Source: Alphaproteobacteria bacterium
GTDB taxonomy: Bacteria > Pseudomonadota > Alphaproteobacteria > Methylaequorales > Methylaequoraceae
Assembly: GCA_045563025.1 (NCBI GenBank)
Contig: JBJKUS010000005.1
Coordinates: forward strand, 101,988 to 165,987
Direction of reading: 5' to 3'
Length of the DNA: 64,000 bases
The position numbers and the translations under genes were made by a program. Below, in pieces: positions 10,863 through 21,563 of this stretch; position 1 is the stretch's first letter; the number at the start of each line of letters is the position of its first letter. Below the pieces are notes generated by a model. That model did no database searches. It saw only the letters and a program-made list of their open reading frames with translations, and had not been told where the DNA came from.

Positions 10863-11293
10863 TGACAAGAATAGATAAAAAAATCCTTGAAAATATTGAA
10901 ATACTCTCAAAAGCAATGGTTAAAAATGGTTTATCGGAAGTAAAATTTTCAGATGGAAATATTAGTTATGAATTAAAAAAGCCTGTGAATGGTCAATCAT
11001 TAAAAAATATTAATTTACCTGAACAACCTCCAAAACAAGAAAAAGAAACATCATCTTCGGAAAAAGCACTAAAATCTCCTCTAGTTGGGACAGCTTACCT
11101 TTCTCCAGAACCACAAGCTAAAACTTTTGTGGAGATTGGACAGAATGTTAAAATTGGACAAGTACTATTAATTATAGAGGCAATGAAAACAATGAATGAA
11201 ATAACCGCAGATAGAAACGGGATAATAAAAAAGATTTTTGTCAAAAATGAAACGCCTGTTGAATTTGGCGAACCTCTAGTTCTTATTGAATGA
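10862..11293 (+). CDS. accB: Acetyl-CoA carboxylase biotin carboxyl carrier protein
   Basis: EAMKTMNEI biotinyl-lysine motif; lies immediately upstream of accC. Confidence 0.9.
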   Translation: MTRIDKKILENIEILSKAMVKNGLSEVKFSDGNISYELKKPVNGQSLKNINLPEQPPKQEKETSSSEKALKSPLVGTAYLSPEPQAKTFVEIGQNVKIGQVLLIIEAMKTMNEITADRNGIIKKIFVKNETPVEFGEPLVLIE

Positions 11294-12627
11294 TGCTGAA
11301 GAAAATTCTAGTTGCAAATAGAGGCGAAATTGCTTTAAGAGTTCTGAGAGCCTGTAAGGAACTTGAAATCAAAACCGTTGTTGTTCACTCAACAGCAGAT
11401 GAAAAAGAAATGTTTGTTCGTTTAGCTGATGAAAGCGTATGTATAGGGCCACCTCAAGTAAAGAAATCATATCTAAATATCCCTGCAATTATTTCTGCTG
11501 CGACAATCGCAAATGCGGATGCAATTCACCCGGGTATAGGTATGCTTTCAGAAAATTACAATTTTGCAAAGATTGTTAATGATCATGGATTTACTTTTAT
11601 TGGTCCAAATACAGGTCATATAGAAAATATGGCAAATAAAATTAATGCTAAATCTCTTGCTAAAAGTGCAGGATTACCCGTAATCCCAGGAAGTGAAAAA
11701 AATATTGAGACTCTTGACGAGGCAAAATCAATTGCCGAAGAGATTGGATATCCCGTTATGATAAAGTCAACGAATGGAGGGGGTGGAAGAGGTATTAAAA
11801 TTGTGAAAAATCAAAATGAATTAAAAAAAAATCTTAATTTAGCCAAAACGGAGGCTGAACAAAGTTTTGGAAATGGAGACGTTTACATTGAAAAGTATAT
11901 TGACAACCCAAGACATATTGAAATTCAAATAATAGGAGATAAGTTTGGAAATGTCGTTCACTTAGGTGAAAGGGAATGCTCTATCCAAAGGAGAAATCAG
12001 AAAATCATAGAAGAATGTCCAAGTCCAGCGATAAGTGAGAATGAAAGAAAGAATATTTGTAAGTTAACACTTAATGCTATGAAAAAAATTAAATATTTTA
12101 ATTTAGGTACAGTTGAGTATTTATATAGCAAAGGAAAATTTTATTTTATTGAAATGAATACAAGACTTCAAGTAGAGCACACTGTTACAGAACAAGTCTA
12201 TAATATTGATATTGTTAAAGAACAAATTCAAATATCTAGTGGAGGAAAGATTTCTTTAAAACAAGAAAATCTAAAAAAGAATGGACATTCAATAGAGTGC
12301 AGAATTAATGCTGAAAACCCTCTAACTCTTTTACCCTCTACTGGAGTGATAAAAACATATCATCCACCCAGTGGACCTGGTATAAGGATTGATTCTTCTT
12401 TATACACGGGTTGTAATATAAGTTCCTTCTATGATGGATTAATATCAAAAGTAATTTCTACAGGAAATGATCGTTACGAATGCATTATGAGACTTAAAAG
12501 AGCTCTTGATGAATATGTTATTGAAGGAGTACAAACGAATATTCCTACTCTAAAAAGTATTTTACAAACCAAAGATTTTTTAAAAGGAAATTTTCATATA
12601 AATTGGATTAAGAAAATTATTGATTAA
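11290..12627 (+). CDS. accC: Acetyl-CoA carboxylase biotin carboxylase subunit
   Basis: 445 aa ATP-grasp; MIKSTNGGGGRGIKIV, EMNTRLQVEHTVTE. Confidence 0.9.
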   Translation: MMLKKILVANRGEIALRVLRACKELEIKTVVVHSTADEKEMFVRLADESVCIGPPQVKKSYLNIPAIISAATIANADAIHPGIGMLSENYNFAKIVNDHGFTFIGPNTGHIENMANKINAKSLAKSAGLPVIPGSEKNIETLDEAKSIAEEIGYPVMIKSTNGGGGRGIKIVKNQNELKKNLNLAKTEAEQSFGNGDVYIEKYIDNPRHIEIQIIGDKFGNVVHLGERECSIQRRNQKIIEECPSPAISENERKNICKLTLNAMKKIKYFNLGTVEYLYSKGKFYFIEMNTRLQVEHTVTEQVYNIDIVKEQIQISSGGKISLKQENLKKNGHSIECRINAENPLTLLPSTGVIKTYHPPSGPGIRIDSSLYTGCNISSFYDGLISKVISTGNDRYECIMRLKRALDEYVIEGVQTNIPTLKSILQTKDFLKGNFHINWIKKIID

Positions 12628-12633
12628 CAATAA

Positions 12634-13257
12634 ATGTTTTTATCTCCAGAAATTATTATAGAAGCATATTCAAAAGGCATCTTTCCTATGGCGGATTCTC
12701 ACAATGATCCTTTTGTCTACTGGGTTGATCCTAAAATTAGAGGAATAATAAATCTGAGGGAATTTAAAATATCTAAAAGCTTGAGAAAAGTATTAAAAAA
12801 AAAAAATTATAAAGTAAAAATTAATAAAAATTTTGAGAAAGTAATTAATTTATGTGCAAAAAATCCGTTAAGAAATAACACCTGGATAAATAATCAAATA
12901 ATCATAAATTACATTAAACTTCATAAAATTGGTAAAGCAAATTCTGTAGAATGTTATTATAATAATGAATTAGTAGGCGGATTGTACGGGATCCTCATAG
13001 GAAACATTTTTTGTGGTGAAAGTATGTTTAGCATTCAGAAAAATGCAAGTAAAATTTCAATGGCGTACTTAGCAGCTCATTTAATAGAAGGAGGGTTTGA
13101 ATTTATTGATACACAATTCTATTCAGAACATTTAAAACAATTTGGGACAAAAAAAATAATGAAAAGTGAATATTTAAAATTACTCTCAAGAAATAGGAAC
13201 AAGCCAAAAATCTTTCCTTTAAATATATCTCAGAATATTCTTGAATATTTTAATTAG
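12634..13257 (+). CDS. aat: Leucyl/phenylalanyl-tRNA--protein transferase
   Basis: 207 aa, GESMFS motif, GNAT-like fold family. Confidence 0.75.
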   Translation: MFLSPEIIIEAYSKGIFPMADSHNDPFVYWVDPKIRGIINLREFKISKSLRKVLKKKNYKVKINKNFEKVINLCAKNPLRNNTWINNQIIINYIKLHKIGKANSVECYYNNELVGGLYGILIGNIFCGESMFSIQKNASKISMAYLAAHLIEGGFEFIDTQFYSEHLKQFGTKKIMKSEYLKLLSRNRNKPKIFPLNISQNILEYFN

Positions 13258-13648
13258 AACTAATTTTTTTTAAAAAAATAGGATCATCGACCAAGCATTC
13301 AATTAATTTAATATCGTAGTTAGCATTTACAGGTGAATTAATATACTGCGATGATTTAAAAATCCATCCTAGAAATTCGTCTTCATTTTTTTTTATAGTT
13401 GATTGATGACTTAGAATTGCAATTTCATCCTGCACACCATTCATTTCACTTTTAACACACCTAAATACTTTTAACTTTGCATTATCAAGTTCTAAAGTTT
13501 GTGATAAAGGAATAATATAAGTATTTTTTTGAGTAGTAATTTTATTAATAATACGTAACTTAGCTCCCTGACATTCAATATTTTCTGATTTTACGCTTTT
13601 AAAGTAAAAAGAAAGTAAAAAGAGTAGAAAAAAGTATTTATATTTCAA
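13250..13648 (-). CDS. Hypothetical secreted protein
   Basis: 132 aa, N-terminal signal peptide MKYKYFFLLFLLSFYFKSVKS; no recognisable catalytic motif. Confidence 0.4.
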   Translation of the reverse strand: MKYKYFFLLFLLSFYFKSVKSENIECQGAKLRIINKITTQKNTYIIPLSQTLELDNAKLKVFRCVKSEMNGVQDEIAILSHQSTIKKNEDEFLGWIFKSSQYINSPVNANYDIKLIECLVDDPIFLKKISSN

Positions 13649-13869
13649 TTATTTTTCCCCAATGAAAACTCCAAACTTTCAATTAAATCATTAATTTTTT
13701 TTTTAAAATCTTTTTCATCGCAACCGATTAAAACGGCGTCATCAAAAGCGTTTTGGACTAGTATTTTTATTTCATCGAAATTTTCATTCAAAACTTTATT
13801 AGTCTCATCGCATGAAATTACTTTTTTTTCTTTTGAATACCATATTAGTTGCAATTTAGATTTTGGCAT
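13645..13869 (-). CDS. Hypothetical small protein
   Basis: 74 aa ORF translationally coupled (4-nt overlap) to the downstream gene; no motif recognised. Confidence 0.35.
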   Translation of the reverse strand: MPKSKLQLIWYSKEKKVISCDETNKVLNENFDEIKILVQNAFDDAVLIGCDEKDFKKKINDLIESLEFSLGKNN

Positions 13870-13877
13870 TAAATTAT

Positions 13878-14321
13878 TTACTGGGTCGCTAAAAAGATAA
13901 TTTTACTAACCTGATCTTCAATTGATTCATAGTCCTCAACTTTTTTTATTTCTTGATTGTTTTTAAGAACATTTTCAAGTTCTTTCCCACCCGGGGTAAT
14001 AGATAAGTATTTATTTCCTAAAATTCCGTCACTGGCTATATTTACTTTACTATCATTTGGAACCGAAATATGAGTATAAATTTTAAAATCAACAACAGCA
14101 AAAAAATCCTCATCTAAATATACTTGATTAACTACTCCAATTTTTACACCACGCATTTTCACATCATTACCTGGTGAAATACCTCCAGCTTTCAGGAACT
14201 TAGCCTTTAATTGATAAGTTTCATTATTATCCGTGTTAACATTTACAAATTTCAACAAGAAAACTAACGAAATCATTAATGTGAAAAAACCAAGAATTGA
14301 TTCAAAATAATTTGTTTTCAT
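13878..14321 (-). CDS. MlaD/MCE-domain membrane protein (paralog 1)
   Basis: N-terminal TM plus MCE domain pattern (YQLKAKF..AGGISPGNDVKMRGVKIGVV...DGILGNKYLSITPG). Confidence 0.65.
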   Translation of the reverse strand: MKTNYFESILGFFTLMISLVFLLKFVNVNTDNNETYQLKAKFLKAGGISPGNDVKMRGVKIGVVNQVYLDEDFFAVVDFKIYTHISVPNDSKVNIASDGILGNKYLSITPGGKELENVLKNNQEIKKVEDYESIEDQVSKIIFLATQ

Positions 14322-14755
14322 TTTTTATTTTTCTCCCCTAATTGAATAATATTTTTCAATAAATCCTGAACAAGCATTGAATCCTCAGCAAATGAGAATG
14401 AATCACCACTAACCAAGTAATTGTCATTTCCACCCATCTCAATTGAAAGGAATTTTGAACCAAAAAGTCCATCAGTTTGAATTGATACTGATGAATCATC
14501 TGAAATTCTCAAACCTTTTTTTATTTTCATCTTTAAAACTGGGTAATTTTTATTTAATACAACTTTGTCAACGTATCCAACATTTACACCAGAAATCATT
14601 ACCAAGTTTCCTTCATTGACTCCATCAATTTTATTAAAAGTAGCTATCAAGTCATAATATTTATCATTACTATCATGCCGATCTACAAACATTAGTTCAA
14701 CTAAAATCAGAACCATTAAGATACCAAGAAAGAATTTAACAAATCTGCTATTCAT
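14318..14755 (-). CDS. MlaD/MCE-domain membrane protein (paralog 2)
   Basis: Same architecture as the neighbouring gene (YDLIATF...GNLVMISGVNVGYV...DGLFGSKFLSIEMGG). The two are tandem paralogs. Confidence 0.65.
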   Translation of the reverse strand: MNSRFVKFFLGILMVLILVELMFVDRHDSNDKYYDLIATFNKIDGVNEGNLVMISGVNVGYVDKVVLNKNYPVLKMKIKKGLRISDDSSVSIQTDGLFGSKFLSIEMGGNDNYLVSGDSFSFAEDSMLVQDLLKNIIQLGEKNKK

Positions 14756-15110
14756 CTGGAGACCACACTGTGTAAATATTTTTTATTTTTTTTGATTCTT
14801 TTTTATCTTTGTATTCATAAGCAAATGGAGTTCCTGTTAAATTTGGTTTATGATTTTTTATCCATGAAAGCTTCTTTTCAGCTTTTGGCACATCATCTTC
14901 AATATGATGAATCCATGCATTCCATTCTGGAGGTACTTTGCTTGCTTCAATGATTCCTTTGTATAAAACAAATCTTCTTTGTCTAAAATTATTTTTAGGG
15001 GTAATATTTTTTTTAACAAAATATTTATTCCCGTAATTATCTTCACCGACTTTTTTTGCGAAAAAAAAACAGTAAATTTTAAAAAAAATAGAATTATAAG
15101 ATAATTTCAT
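14748..15110 (-). CDS. NDUFA12-family protein (NADH:ubiquinone oxidoreductase 17.2 kDa subunit-like)
   Basis: GEDNYGNKYF...RRFVLY...ASKVPPEWNAWIHH matches the NDUFA12 signature. Confidence 0.7.
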   Translation of the reverse strand: MKLSYNSIFFKIYCFFFAKKVGEDNYGNKYFVKKNITPKNNFRQRRFVLYKGIIEASKVPPEWNAWIHHIEDDVPKAEKKLSWIKNHKPNLTGTPFAYEYKDKKESKKIKNIYTVWSPDE

Positions 15111-15143
15111 TATATTATATATTAGATTATTATTATCTTACTT

Positions 15144-15974
15144 ATGGATTATTTCAAAGAAATAAAAAAGTTTATAGATCAATTCATTGAATATCATAAA
15201 AAAAAGAAACCACCACTATCGCCTAATTCTGATCAAAACTTCAAAAACTTTTATGATGAGTTTCTAAGTGAATTTGAAAAACAATTTAAGATAAATTTTT
15301 CTAATCTTGATCAAAATATCAAACGAAATAAACTACCGGATAGAAGAAAAGGTTATACCCAAAAAGCCTCAATTAATAACCATAAAGTTTACTTAAGGAC
15401 TGGCGAGTACATGGATGGTAGTCTTGGAGAAATCTTCATTGATATGCATAAAGAAGGTGCTGCATTTAGGAGTTTGATGAATAACTTTGCTATTGCTGTT
15501 TCAATAGGTCTACAATATGGTGTTCCTCTTGAGGAATTTGTTGAGGCCTTTACCTTTACAAAATTTGAACCCAGTGGAGAGGTTAAAGGTAATACAGAAA
15601 TTAAATTCTCAACTTCAATTCTAGATTATATATTTAAAGAATTAGCAATATCTTATCTTGGCAGAGATGATTTGAGTAATCAATCTAGCAATCAAACAAC
15701 AGAACTTTTACCAGAACAAGATGGAAAAGATAATAAAAAAAAGGATGCAGAAATCGTTTTGAAGAACTTCACTAGCAAAGGGTACATAAGAAAAAATGTT
15801 TACGATGGCAATCTTACTCTGATATCAAATAAAAGTGGTAAAGAAGAAACTGATAAAATTAAGCAAATTCAAAAGTTTGAAGGAGACCCTTGCGACAGAT
15901 GCGGAAATTTCACAATGTATAAAGAAGAAAATCAAATTAAGTGTTTAACTTGCTTGCATAAATTTGATGAATAA
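15144..15974 (+). CDS. Stand-alone protein resembling the C-terminal region of class II (B12-dependent) ribonucleotide reductase NrdJ, with C-terminal Zn-ribbon
   Basis: [80 protein letters not shown] is recalled as the conserved C-terminal module of alphaproteobacterial NrdJ. The C-terminus has CDRCGN...CLTCLH. Confidence 0.5.
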   Translation: MDYFKEIKKFIDQFIEYHKKKKPPLSPNSDQNFKNFYDEFLSEFEKQFKINFSNLDQNIKRNKLPDRRKGYTQKASINNHKVYLRTGEYMDGSLGEIFIDMHKEGAAFRSLMNNFAIAVSIGLQYGVPLEEFVEAFTFTKFEPSGEVKGNTEIKFSTSILDYIFKELAISYLGRDDLSNQSSNQTTELLPEQDGKDNKKKDAEIVLKNFTSKGYIRKNVYDGNLTLISNKSGKEETDKIKQIQKFEGDPCDRCGNFTMYKEENQIKCLTCLHKFDE

Positions 15975-16443
15975 TTTTTTATCAAAAAAACTTTTATCAC
16001 TAAATTTTCTTGAGGAGTTCACACCTACGAATATTGGAAATTATAAACCATTTATCATTTCTGGAAATTTAGTTTTTATATCAGGTCAACTCCCAATAGC
16101 TCAAAATGAAGTTTTTTGTACGGGAAAAGTTGGACTTGATGTAGATGAGACTAAAGCCAGAGAATCTATAAAAATTGCTACCTATAATCTTCTTTGGAAT
16201 TTGAGCTACGCATTAGAGGACGTTAATAACGTCAAATATATAAAATGTGTAAATATTAAGGGTTATATAAATTGTAAAGACAATTTCAAAAATCATTCGA
16301 CTTTACTAAATTCAGCCTCTGACACCATAGTAGAAGTTTTGGGAAAAGAAAACGGAATGCACACTAGAAGTGTTATAGGAGTAAATTCTCTGCCAAAAAA
16401 TTCTCCTGTTGAAATCGAAGGTATTTTTTCATTAGTTTTTTAG
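15964..16443 (+). CDS. RidA/YjgF-family protein
   Basis: 159 aa; LVFISGQLP and C-terminal SPVEIEGIF pattern of the RidA family. Confidence 0.65.
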   Translation: MMNNFLSKKLLSLNFLEEFTPTNIGNYKPFIISGNLVFISGQLPIAQNEVFCTGKVGLDVDETKARESIKIATYNLLWNLSYALEDVNNVKYIKCVNIKGYINCKDNFKNHSTLLNSASDTIVEVLGKENGMHTRSVIGVNSLPKNSPVEIEGIFSLVF

Positions 16444-16444
16444 A

Positions 16445-17569
16445 GTGGAAATAAATACAATATCATCAATAGAAGAAATTAAACTTTTTTGTAAAAAAAA
16501 TTTCTTTGATATATCACCATTTATTAGTTACGAATTTTTTAGAGAACTTGAAACCTCTAAATGTACTTCACCAAGTAATGGTTGGTCTCCAGAGCATCTA
16601 GTTATTACAAATAATAAGGTTTTAGAAGGAATAATCCCAAACTTTAAAAAAAGTAATTCCAATGGAGAATATGTATTTGACCATATTTTTGCTAATGCTT
16701 ACAATCAGATTGGGAAAAAATATTATCCTAAATATCTTTCAGCAATTCCATTTACACCTGTAAAGAGAAATAAATTTTTTTACGCTAATAATAGTAAATT
16801 TTCATTAAAAAATATTTCTAAATATTTAATTTCTTTCTTCTCAAAAAAAGAAATTTCATCCTTTCACATAAATTTTATTGGTAAAACAATGTCAGATGAA
16901 CTTAGCCAACACAACTTTTCCCAAAGATTAGGAATGCAATATTATTGGTACAATAGATCTTATCAGACATTTGACTGTTTCCTATCATCGTTAAAAAGAA
17001 CAAAAAGAAAAAATATTATTAAAGAAAGGAGTTTTTTAAAGGACGAGAAAATCAAGTGTATTGTAAAAAGATCAAATGAAATTACATCAAAAGATATAGA
17101 ATTATTTTACAAATGCTACAGTAATACCATCAAAAAAAAATGGTCAATCCACTATCTCAACCAACTTTTCTTTGAAAAGCTTGTCGAATCAAATTTAAAA
17201 GATCAAATGGTCATCATTCAAGCATTTAAAGAAGATATTTTTTTAGGGTGCTCACTTCATTTTATAGGAGATAACACTCTATATGGAAGATATTGGGGAG
17301 CGCTTCAGGAAGTCCCATTTCTTCATTTTGAATTATGCTATTATCAGGCAATTGAGTTTGCAATACAAAATAAACTAAGTAAGGTTGAAGCTGGTGCTCA
17401 GGGAGAACATAAGATTTCAAGAGGTTATATTCCTGAACTTACATACAGCAACCACTGGTTTGAATCTCAAGAACTGAAAGAATCAATTAACATTTTCTTT
17501 TATGAAGAGGGAAAAAAGGTTAAGGATACAATTGAATACTTGAAAAAGCTCGCACCGTTCAAGAGCTAA
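16445..17569 (+). CDS. DUF482/COG3146 GNAT-like acyltransferase family protein (FemAB-like fold)
   Basis: 374 aa, apparent GTG start; architecture matches the conserved alphaproteobacterial DUF482 family. Confidence 0.55.
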   Translation: MEINTISSIEEIKLFCKKNFFDISPFISYEFFRELETSKCTSPSNGWSPEHLVITNNKVLEGIIPNFKKSNSNGEYVFDHIFANAYNQIGKKYYPKYLSAIPFTPVKRNKFFYANNSKFSLKNISKYLISFFSKKEISSFHINFIGKTMSDELSQHNFSQRLGMQYYWYNRSYQTFDCFLSSLKRTKRKNIIKERSFLKDEKIKCIVKRSNEITSKDIELFYKCYSNTIKKKWSIHYLNQLFFEKLVESNLKDQMVIIQAFKEDIFLGCSLHFIGDNTLYGRYWGALQEVPFLHFELCYYQAIEFAIQNKLSKVEAGAQGEHKISRGYIPELTYSNHWFESQELKESINIFFYEEGKKVKDTIEYLKKLAPFKS

Positions 17570-19829
17570 AAGTAAGTTTTTTTTCTTCTTTAGTATCGTA
17601 TTGAAGTATAAATTTATTTTTATCTTTACAAAAATCTACTTTAATAGTTCCAGTTAGGTGTTTTGATTTTAAAATAAATTCTGATAATGGAATTTTTATT
17701 TTTTCTTGGATAATTCTTGCCATTGGTCTCGCACCGCTAGTCTGATCAAAGCCAAGATCCAAGATCTTTTTTTTAGCTAGAGAAGTAACATTTAGACTTA
17801 GGTTTTTATCCATTAGTTGTGATTCTAACTCCATAAGAAATTTATCGACAATTTTTAATGAATTCTTTTCATTTAACATCTGAAAATTAACTACTGCATC
17901 TAACCTGTTTCTAAACTCTGGACTAAAGAACTTTCTTATCGCATTTTTATTATCAGTTTCTGAAAATTCTCCAAGAAATCCAACTCTTTCTTTTACTATC
18001 TCATTTGCTCCAATATTACTTGTCATTATTAAAATGACATTTGTAAAATCAATGTTTTTTCCGAGGTGGTCAGTTAACCTTCCATAATCCATTACCTGTA
18101 AAAGGATATTAAAAAGATCTGGATGAGCTTTTTCGATTTCATCAAGAAGAACAACAGAAAAAGGATTTTTATCGATTGCGTCAGTTAAAAGCCCACCTTG
18201 ATCATAACCTACATAACCAGGTGGTGCTCCAATTAATTTTGAAACACTGTGTCTTTCCATATATTCTGACATATCAAAACGAACAAAATTTATTTTCATA
18301 ATATTAGCTAGTTGTTTAGCAAGCTCTGTTTTTCCAACACCAGTTGGTCCAGCAAACAAAAAGGAACCAATTGTTTTATCTTTATTTCTTAAGCCAACTT
18401 TTGAAAGTTTAATGGCAGAAGAGATTGTTTTTACAGCTTTGTCTTGACCAAAAATTAAAGTACGAAGATTTCTTTCGAGGTTTTTCAATTTAATTTTTTC
18501 ATTAGAGTTTATTGTATTTTCTGGTATGTTGGCGATTTTTGAAATTATTCTTTGAATATCATTTGTACTGACTACTTTTTCTTTTCTTTTTTCATTTATT
18601 TTGATGGATGCACCCGCTTCATCGATAATATCTATAGCCTTATCAGGCAATTTCATATTAAGAATGTATTTCTTGGATAAGTTCACGGCCTCTTCTGAAC
18701 AATCATCATTAAATTTTACATTATGAAAGTCCTCATAATATTTTTTCAAACCATCTAATATTTTTATCGAGTCTTCAGTTGATGGCTCATCAATATCGAT
18801 CTTTTGAAACCTCCTACATAGTGCTCTATCCTTTTCAAAATAATTTCTGTATTCTTTATATGTAGTGGAACCAATACATTTCAAATCTCCTCTTGTTAGA
18901 GCAGGTTTTAAGATATTAGATGCATCGATTGATCCAGAACTTGTACCCCCTGCTCCAATAATGGTATGAATCTCATCAATAAAAAGAATGTTATCTGTAT
19001 TTGTTTCAAAGTATCTAATAAGTTTTTTTAATCTTTCTTCAAAGTCGCCTCTGAAACGAGTTCCCGCTAATAAACTTCCTAGATCAAGTGAAAATATAAC
19101 AGCATTTTTTAGATTTTCAGGTACTTGTTTGTTAACAATCTTAAGCGCAAGTCCTTCTGCTAATGCAGTTTTTCCCACTCCGGGATCACCAACGAATATA
19201 GGATTACTTTTATTCCTTCTGGATAACACATGAACTGTTCTTTCAATTTCATTATGTCTTCCTATTATTGGATCAATTTTAGATTCTTTGGCCTTATTAT
19301 TTAAATTTGAACAGTACTGATCTAGAAAATTTAGTTCTTTATTATCACTTTCACTTCCTTGACTTTCATCGTTTTGAAAATCATCAAAACCTTGCTTATC
19401 TTTATTAGTTCCATGTGATAAATATTCAACTACATCCAGTCTACTTAGATTTTGTTTTTGTAGATAATAAACAGCATGAGACTCACGTTCACTAAATATA
19501 GCAACTAAAACGTTACACCCACTGGCTTCCACTTTGCCAGAAGACTGTACATGAATAACAGCTCTTTGAATTACTCTTTGAAAACCAAGGGTTGGTTTAA
19601 CTTCTTCTTGACTATCAGAAATAAGATCATTTAAGCTGTTTTTTAAGAAATTTTCTAATTCATCTTTAAGTGCTGAAATATTTATATTACAATCATCAAG
19701 AATCTTCATAACATCTTCATCTTCCGTCATAGCAAATAACAAATGCTCTAGTGTCATATATTGATGGTTTAATGAGGAAGCCTTATCTTGAGCTCTCTGT
19801 AAAGTTTTTTCAAATCTATCAGAAATCAT
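17559..19829 (-). CDS. clpA: ATP-dependent Clp protease ATP-binding subunit ClpA
   Basis: Two AAA+ modules (GDPGVGKT Walker A and GPTGVGKT Walker A). The start is placed at MISDRFEK..., giving a 4-nt overlap with clpS. Confidence 0.9.
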   Translation of the reverse strand: MISDRFEKTLQRAQDKASSLNHQYMTLEHLLFAMTEDEDVMKILDDCNINISALKDELENFLKNSLNDLISDSQEEVKPTLGFQRVIQRAVIHVQSSGKVEASGCNVLVAIFSERESHAVYYLQKQNLSRLDVVEYLSHGTNKDKQGFDDFQNDESQGSESDNKELNFLDQYCSNLNNKAKESKIDPIIGRHNEIERTVHVLSRRNKSNPIFVGDPGVGKTALAEGLALKIVNKQVPENLKNAVIFSLDLGSLLAGTRFRGDFEERLKKLIRYFETNTDNILFIDEIHTIIGAGGTSSGSIDASNILKPALTRGDLKCIGSTTYKEYRNYFEKDRALCRRFQKIDIDEPSTEDSIKILDGLKKYYEDFHNVKFNDDCSEEAVNLSKKYILNMKLPDKAIDIIDEAGASIKINEKRKEKVVSTNDIQRIISKIANIPENTINSNEKIKLKNLERNLRTLIFGQDKAVKTISSAIKLSKVGLRNKDKTIGSFLFAGPTGVGKTELAKQLANIMKINFVRFDMSEYMERHSVSKLIGAPPGYVGYDQGGLLTDAIDKNPFSVVLLDEIEKAHPDLFNILLQVMDYGRLTDHLGKNIDFTNVILIMTSNIGANEIVKERVGFLGEFSETDNKNAIRKFFSPEFRNRLDAVVNFQMLNEKNSLKIVDKFLMELESQLMDKNLSLNVTSLAKKKILDLGFDQTSGARPMARIIQEKIKIPLSEFILKSKHLTGTIKVDFCKDKNKFILQYDTKEEKKLTFSS

Positions 19830-20140
19830 TCTGGCTCCATAATACATTTAAGAGGATGTTGGTCGTTCTTTGCCATTTTCATAACCATAAAAACCTTTGT
19901 CTCTGCGATTTCTTTTGTAAAAATGCCACATACCCCGGAACCTTTTTTATGCACCATAAGCATTATGTTGATAGCTTCACTTTCACTTTTTCTGAATACA
20001 CTTTTTAAAAGCTTAACAACATATTCCATCGGAGTGTAATCATCGTTTAAAAGAATAACTTTATATAGCTTGGGTTTCTTTTCCTTTATCTTTGGTTCAA
20101 GAAGGGTTTCTGATGAAGTATTTTTTGATCTATCGCTCAT
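19826..20140 (-). CDS. clpS: ATP-dependent Clp protease adaptor ClpS
   Basis: 104 aa, YKVILLNDDYTPMEYVV core, immediately upstream of clpA. Confidence 0.9.
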   Translation of the reverse strand: MSDRSKNTSSETLLEPKIKEKKPKLYKVILLNDDYTPMEYVVKLLKSVFRKSESEAINIMLMVHKKGSGVCGIFTKEIAETKVFMVMKMAKNDQHPLKCIMEPE

Positions 20141-20179
20141 TTCGGTATAATATTAAATTAGAAAATATATTCAATTATT

Positions 20180-21562
20180 TCAACCAAATATTTTGTCATC
20201 GAAAGAATATTTTGTTTTTTTCAATGCCTCCATAACATTTCGTTTTTGATTTTCTAGACCATCCTTAGAAAATGATTCGCATCTAACAACAAGTGCTGGT
20301 TGAGTATTAGAAGCTCTAAGCAACCACCAACCCTCTTCATTTGTAACGCGAACACCATCAATACATATTATTTCGTTCTTTGTAGTTTTAATATTACTTA
20401 ACACTTCTTCTATAATTTTAAACTTGGATTCATCATCACACTCAACTCTTATTTCTGGAGTATTGTATAACATTGGTATTTCATCAACTAACTCTGATAG
20501 TTTTTTTTCATTATCATTTATAATCTCAAGCATTTTTACTGCGGCATACAAAGCATCATCAAAACCATAATAATTATCTGCAAAGAAAATATGACCACTC
20601 ATTTCTCCAGCTAATTCAGCTTTGAATTTCTTTAGATTATTTTTTACATGACTATGCCCGGTTTGAGACATTATTATTTCTCCTCCTAATCTTTTAATTT
20701 CATTGAATAATACTTGACTGCACTTTACGTCAGCAATCACTTTAATTTTTTTTTTTTTTAATAATTCTTTTGCTAGCAACAAAAGAATCTTATCCCCAGA
20801 AATTACTCTTCCAAGATCGTCAATCACACCTAATCTATCTCCATCTCCATCAAAAGCTAAACCAATATCTAAATTATTTTTCATAATATTTTTCTGACAA
20901 TCGATTAAATTATCTGCATCAGATGGATCCGGGTGGTGATTCGGAAAATCTCCATTAATTTCGTCGTATAAAATTATTTTTTTACCTTGAATCTTATTTG
21001 CTAGTGTTTTCATTATTTTACCTGCTGATCCGTTACCAGCATCCCAAACAACTTTTATTTCTTTTTTTTGATTAAAATCTTTTAGAAGCCTTTCAAGGTA
21101 TTTACTTTTAAGATCTACCTTTGTTCTTAAACCCCTTGCTTGAGGCATCGAATAGTTTTTTGCTTTATTTTTTAATATAATAAGGTCCTCTCCAAAAAAT
21201 GGAGAATTCTTATAAACTATTTTAAAACCATTGTGATTTTTTGGATTATGGGATCCAGTAACAATTATTCCAGAATTAGAATTTAATTCAAAGCATGAAA
21301 AATATAACAATGGTGTTGGACCTAAACCTATTTCATTTACATTAACTCCAACTTCTAGAAACCCTTCTATTAAATTCTCTTTAAGTATTGGTGAAGACAC
21401 CCTTCCATCAAATGCAATATTTACGCTATTATTCTCACCAATCATCATACCAAATAAATTTCCCAAAACTTTAGCATCTTTTTCAAACAGAGTTTTATTA
21501 AATACACCTCTAATATCGTATTCTCTAATTATAGTGTCATCAAAATAGTGAGTTTTTTTCAT
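20180..21562 (-). CDS. Phosphomannomutase/phosphoglucomutase
   Basis: TGSHNP phosphoserine loop, FDGDGDR metal-binding loop, GEMSGH. Confidence 0.85.
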   Translation of the reverse strand: MKKTHYFDDTIIREYDIRGVFNKTLFEKDAKVLGNLFGMMIGENNSVNIAFDGRVSSPILKENLIEGFLEVGVNVNEIGLGPTPLLYFSCFELNSNSGIIVTGSHNPKNHNGFKIVYKNSPFFGEDLIILKNKAKNYSMPQARGLRTKVDLKSKYLERLLKDFNQKKEIKVVWDAGNGSAGKIMKTLANKIQGKKIILYDEINGDFPNHHPDPSDADNLIDCQKNIMKNNLDIGLAFDGDGDRLGVIDDLGRVISGDKILLLLAKELLKKKKIKVIADVKCSQVLFNEIKRLGGEIIMSQTGHSHVKNNLKKFKAELAGEMSGHIFFADNYYGFDDALYAAVKMLEIINDNEKKLSELVDEIPMLYNTPEIRVECDDESKFKIIEEVLSNIKTTKNEIICIDGVRVTNEEGWWLLRASNTQPALVVRCESFSKDGLENQKRNVMEALKKTKYSFDDKIFG

Positions 21563-21563
21563 A

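Noticed and set aside
18988-20008. ORFs 18988..19233(+) and 19751..20008(+) antisense to clpA/clpS
   Set aside because: They overlap strongly supported clpA and clpS coding sequence.
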